A stretch of 63,417 bases of DNA, counting the filler, from Choristocarpus tenellus KU-1152 (taxonomy: Eukaryota; Protista; Phaeophyceae), in the NCBI GenBank assembly GCA_964200185.2. It is 13 parts of 13 records of this genome, joined end to end, with 100 filler letters (N's around TTAATTAATTAA, not from the genome) between each part and the next. Parts side by side here need not be neighbours in the genome. Positions count along the whole stretch, not along the records: positions 55,585 to 60,529 come from CAXNAD020012426.1; positions 60,630 to 63,417 come from CAXNAD020024754.1; 11 more parts are not named here. One strand, 5' to 3'. Below are positions 60,513 to 63,417 of this stretch, in pieces; the stretch's first letter is position 1; the number at the start of each line of letters is the position of its first letter. Below the pieces are notes generated by a model, which was given only the letters and a program-made list of their open reading frames with translations, did not search any database and was not told the origin of the DNA. Made by a program: the position numbers and the translations under genes.

Positions 60513-61784
60513 CAACCACTTCCCGAAAANNNNNNNNNNNNNNNNNNNNNNNNNNNNNNNNNNNNNNNNNNNNTTAATTAATTAANNNNNNNNNNNNNNN
60601 NNNNNNNNNNNNNNNNNNNNNNNNNNNNNGCCCTTCTACGTGCAAAAACAGTCGCAAAAAAAAACTTTCGGTACTTTTTTAAGACCGTTTTCGCAGAACA
60701 ACCATCCTCATAGTTCCCGCTCCATCCTCAATTTTGAGAATCCCCCGTTTTTAGTTAGTTTTGGATTATCCCAACCCGTGGTAAGAGGCACTATCCACTC
60801 ACTTTTTTTCATACTAGCTACTGGCAACTTTTTAATAACATTTTATCTGTCTTAAGTTGTTGCCATCATTCATTATTGTGCAGTGGGTTGCACAATTTTT
60901 TGTTGGTTTGTTTCACATTATTAGTTATGAATGGTCCCGACCCGTGGTAAGAGGCACTGCACACTAAACTAGTAACTATCATACTACCCAATGAATATCT
61001 GTTGCGCTACGACTAATTGTACTGACTCCATTCCTGCCTTGCTTCTTGCGTCTTGAGTTCGGCACACTCCCACAGACAGGTCGTTCCGTTTCCTCCCTCC
61101 AATCTTCTCGTGGAACCATCCCGAAGTTTTCACACGTCTTACAAATCATCATGTAACTCATTTCTGCTTCACAAACTAGTAATACAAAAAAATATGTACG
61201 AATAGTTGCATGTCTGGTTGAAATATTGGTGAGGACGTCCACGTGCAAACTATTTATACCCAGGAATCTTGTACGATAAACCATGTACCAAGTACAACTC
61301 AGTGTTGGGGAATGACGTACAAATATCCCGATTTATAAAAAAAAACATATCGACACTTTATCCCAGTCAATTTTGGGTCAAGCCCATCCTCAATGAAAAG
61401 CTCCATCCTCAATTTTTGAAATCGGCTGTTATTTGTTGATGTTGGTTTCCATGCCCACATAATTTGTAGATGTTACTCACGATTTGTCCTTATACGTTGA
61501 GGGAAGATAATTGTTTATAAACGATCTGATCTACCTTAACTTGATACACAAATATTACGTTGTGATTTAATTAGAAAGAACCTAAACATCCAACGTTCTG
61601 ATTTCGTAGGAAAGAATCTAGTAGGAAAGAACAATCGAATGCAAATCTTGTGATGATGGGATTTAATAGGAAAGAATAATTGTGTAGATAATGTTAGGTT
61701 GTAATTAAAAGGGAACAAAATTGTGTACAATTCTTGGCTTACTACTTGTGTAATTACAGTGGGTACTTTTTCCCTTCTATACAT

Positions 61785-62150
61785 ATTATTATGCCCTCTC
61801 ACATTTTGTTGATGTATCAGGGAATAAGCCAAACCAATATCACAAAGACTCCTCTAAAAAAAACTTCCCTTCTTATTCTATGATAGTATGTCAGAGGGCT
61901 TAATACTATATGCTGCAGCAACGAAGGAGATGTTAAATCCAGTTTACGACAGATAGTGTCTGTCACAACATAATAAGTGGCTCTATGAAGACGTACCATG
62001 CGTTTTAAGCTGGAGACACAACGGAGATGGGCAAGGAGGGGCCTGTCAGATTCTTGGGATGCTTCCCTAACTCCTCGCCCTGTGGTTTAGGGCTAAGCTA
62101 GGTTGGAGGCATAGGAGGGGAGTGGTGTAGCATAGCTGGTAGTCAAATCG
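61785..62150. mobile_element. CRE-like fragments: short minus 3' end (61785-61865) and longer plus copy (about 61915-62150) cut by the next insertion
   Basis: TATTATTATGCCCTCTCACATTTTG at 61784. The plus part matches 21390-21610. Solo 3' ends also at 45555-45648 (+), 47500-47560 (-), 62905-62965 (+), 62980-63010 (+) and 63095-63143 (+). Confidence 0.7.
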
Positions 62151-62152
62151 AC

Positions 62153-62900
62153 TTTTATTTTATTATTATTTTTATGCCCTCTAACATTTTACAGATGTGT
62201 CAGGCTAAAAGCCAGTTCAATATCATAGAACTCCTGTAAAAGTAACAATTGTCGTAAATGTTGAACATGTTTCTATCTATTTTCTATTTGACTACCAGTT
62301 ATGCTAACCCACTTCCCTCCTATACCTCCAATCTAGCTTAGACCTACACCACAGGGCGAGGAGCTAGGGACGCATCCCAAGAATCTGACAAGCCCCTCCT
62401 TGCCCATCTCCGTGGTGTCTCCGGCTTAAAACGCACGACACGTCTTGATAGAGCCACTTATGTTGTGATGGACACTATTTGCCGTAAACTGGATTTGACA
62501 GCTCCTTTCCTACTGTACTCTCCCACCCCTCTCCCCCCTACCGTGTGCATAGCCAACTCATCCAGAAAATATTCTGCTTGCTTGCTGAGGCGCCCAAAAC
62601 TTTCCACCACAAAGGTGTTGAGGTTAAACCTACAAGGGTCAAAAGAACCCCCGTAGTGGGTACGCTTTCGCGCCTTAGCTGCAGCAGCAGCTGCACCATT
62701 GCTGGTGGATGGGTGGGCTAGATGGGAAGCTGCTTGCACTTCTGCAAACGTAGCATCCAGGAGGAAGTCCTTATCCCAGTATGGAGCCGATCCGGCGTCC
62801 GCAAGTGCCCCAGCATGGAAGATCAGATCCATGCGGAAATTTCGGTCCACTGCGAATGGTCTACCATCCTCCATAGTGAAAAGGATGCCCAATCCTTTGC
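62153..62900 (-). mobile_element. 5'-truncated CRE-like non-LTR retrotransposon: restriction-like endonuclease (RLE) domain, 3' UTR and (TAA)n tail
   Basis: GLGILFTMEDGRPFAVDRNFRMDLIF...LLDATFAEVQ...AKARKRTHYGGSFD...TFVVESFGRLSKQAEYFLDELA...LRQIVSITT matches the RLE pattern (RxD...LD...KxxxY...VESFG). The UTR ends AAAATGTTAGAGGGCATAAAAAATAATAATAA. Confidence 0.8.
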
Positions 62901-63143
62901 AGTGTTGCTTTTTATTGTTTTTTCCCCTGACACATCTGGAAAATGCCACAAGGCATGATAATATATATAATATTAATATCTCAAAATGCCAAAGGGCATA
63001 ATAATAAAAATAGTATAAAGAACATACCGTTATTGCCGTATGCGATGTGCCCGATCAAATAGATTGAGATTCCTTGTGAACAGGAATCCTGTATACTAAA
63101 TAGATTAATGTCTTTCACATTTTCGACAACTGTTACCTTTTTA

Positions 63144-63370
63144 GGCTGTCCATTTGGGGTCAATTTTTTCATGCCGCGATTTTTAGGTGATTTGGGTGCA
63201 TACATCAGATGGATACTGTAAAGGCACTTTTCCTTATTTTGGTCCAAATGGACACCTTGGTGTAGACCCCCTCCCCCCTCCCAGATACTTTGGGCCAATG
63301 GACACCCTGGTGTAGACCTCCCTCCGGGTCAAAGTATCTGGGGGGGGGTGTCGGCGTCCGTTTTTCACCC
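63144..63370. mobile_element. MITE type A (63144-63296), short internal duplication, and start of a type C-like element (63326-)
   Basis: ...CCCAGATACTTTGGGCC at 63280-63296; GGGTCAAAGTATCTGGGG at 63326. Confidence 0.75.
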
Positions 63371-63417
63371 TTTTTTAGTTTTTCGCTTGTTGTTTGTTTT
63401 GGTTGTTCGTAGAGGAT

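Noticed and set aside
4380-60629. Recurrent TTAATTAATTAA motif and any gene-cluster reading across the window
   Set aside because: The motif sits centrally in fixed 100-nt N spacers and is an artificial six-frame stop linker. Neighbouring contigs cannot be assumed adjacent.
62900-62949. N-terminus (MAFSRCVRGKNNKK) of ORF 62458-62949
   Set aside because: It comes from the inverted 3' UTR fragment fused to the truncated element, not from the real protein start.

Overview
Intron-rich, repeat-rich eukaryotic draft sequence. It is most likely a brown alga or other stramenopile, inferred from gene structure and TE types. The window is 13 short contigs joined by twelve artificial 100-nt spacers (N44-TTAATTAATTAA-N44), so adjacency across spacers is not biological. 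Most ORFs in the six-frame track are spurious. Spliced partial genes rebuilt from splice sites and reading phase: an ISWI/SNF2-family helicase (7 exons, one GC-AG intron), a divergent kinesin motor with a (DK)n insertion, the 3' end of a SEC12/PREB-like WD40 membrane protein, a tandem-WW-domain protein, and an acidic Ser-rich terminal exon. Mobile DNA: an end-to-end but decayed Stowaway/Soymar-type mariner with TIRs and TA duplication plus a probable cognate MITE; a PIF/Harbinger-like MITE group with three internal types, one nested in another; Copia-like LTR debris; and a CRE-like RLE non-LTR retrotransposon with (TAA)n tails. This retrotransposon occurs three times as oppositely oriented pairs with both 3' tails facing outward, the most unusual pattern seen. 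Short interstitial TTAGGG tracts occur throughout. No CRISPR, rRNA or prokaryotic system is supported.
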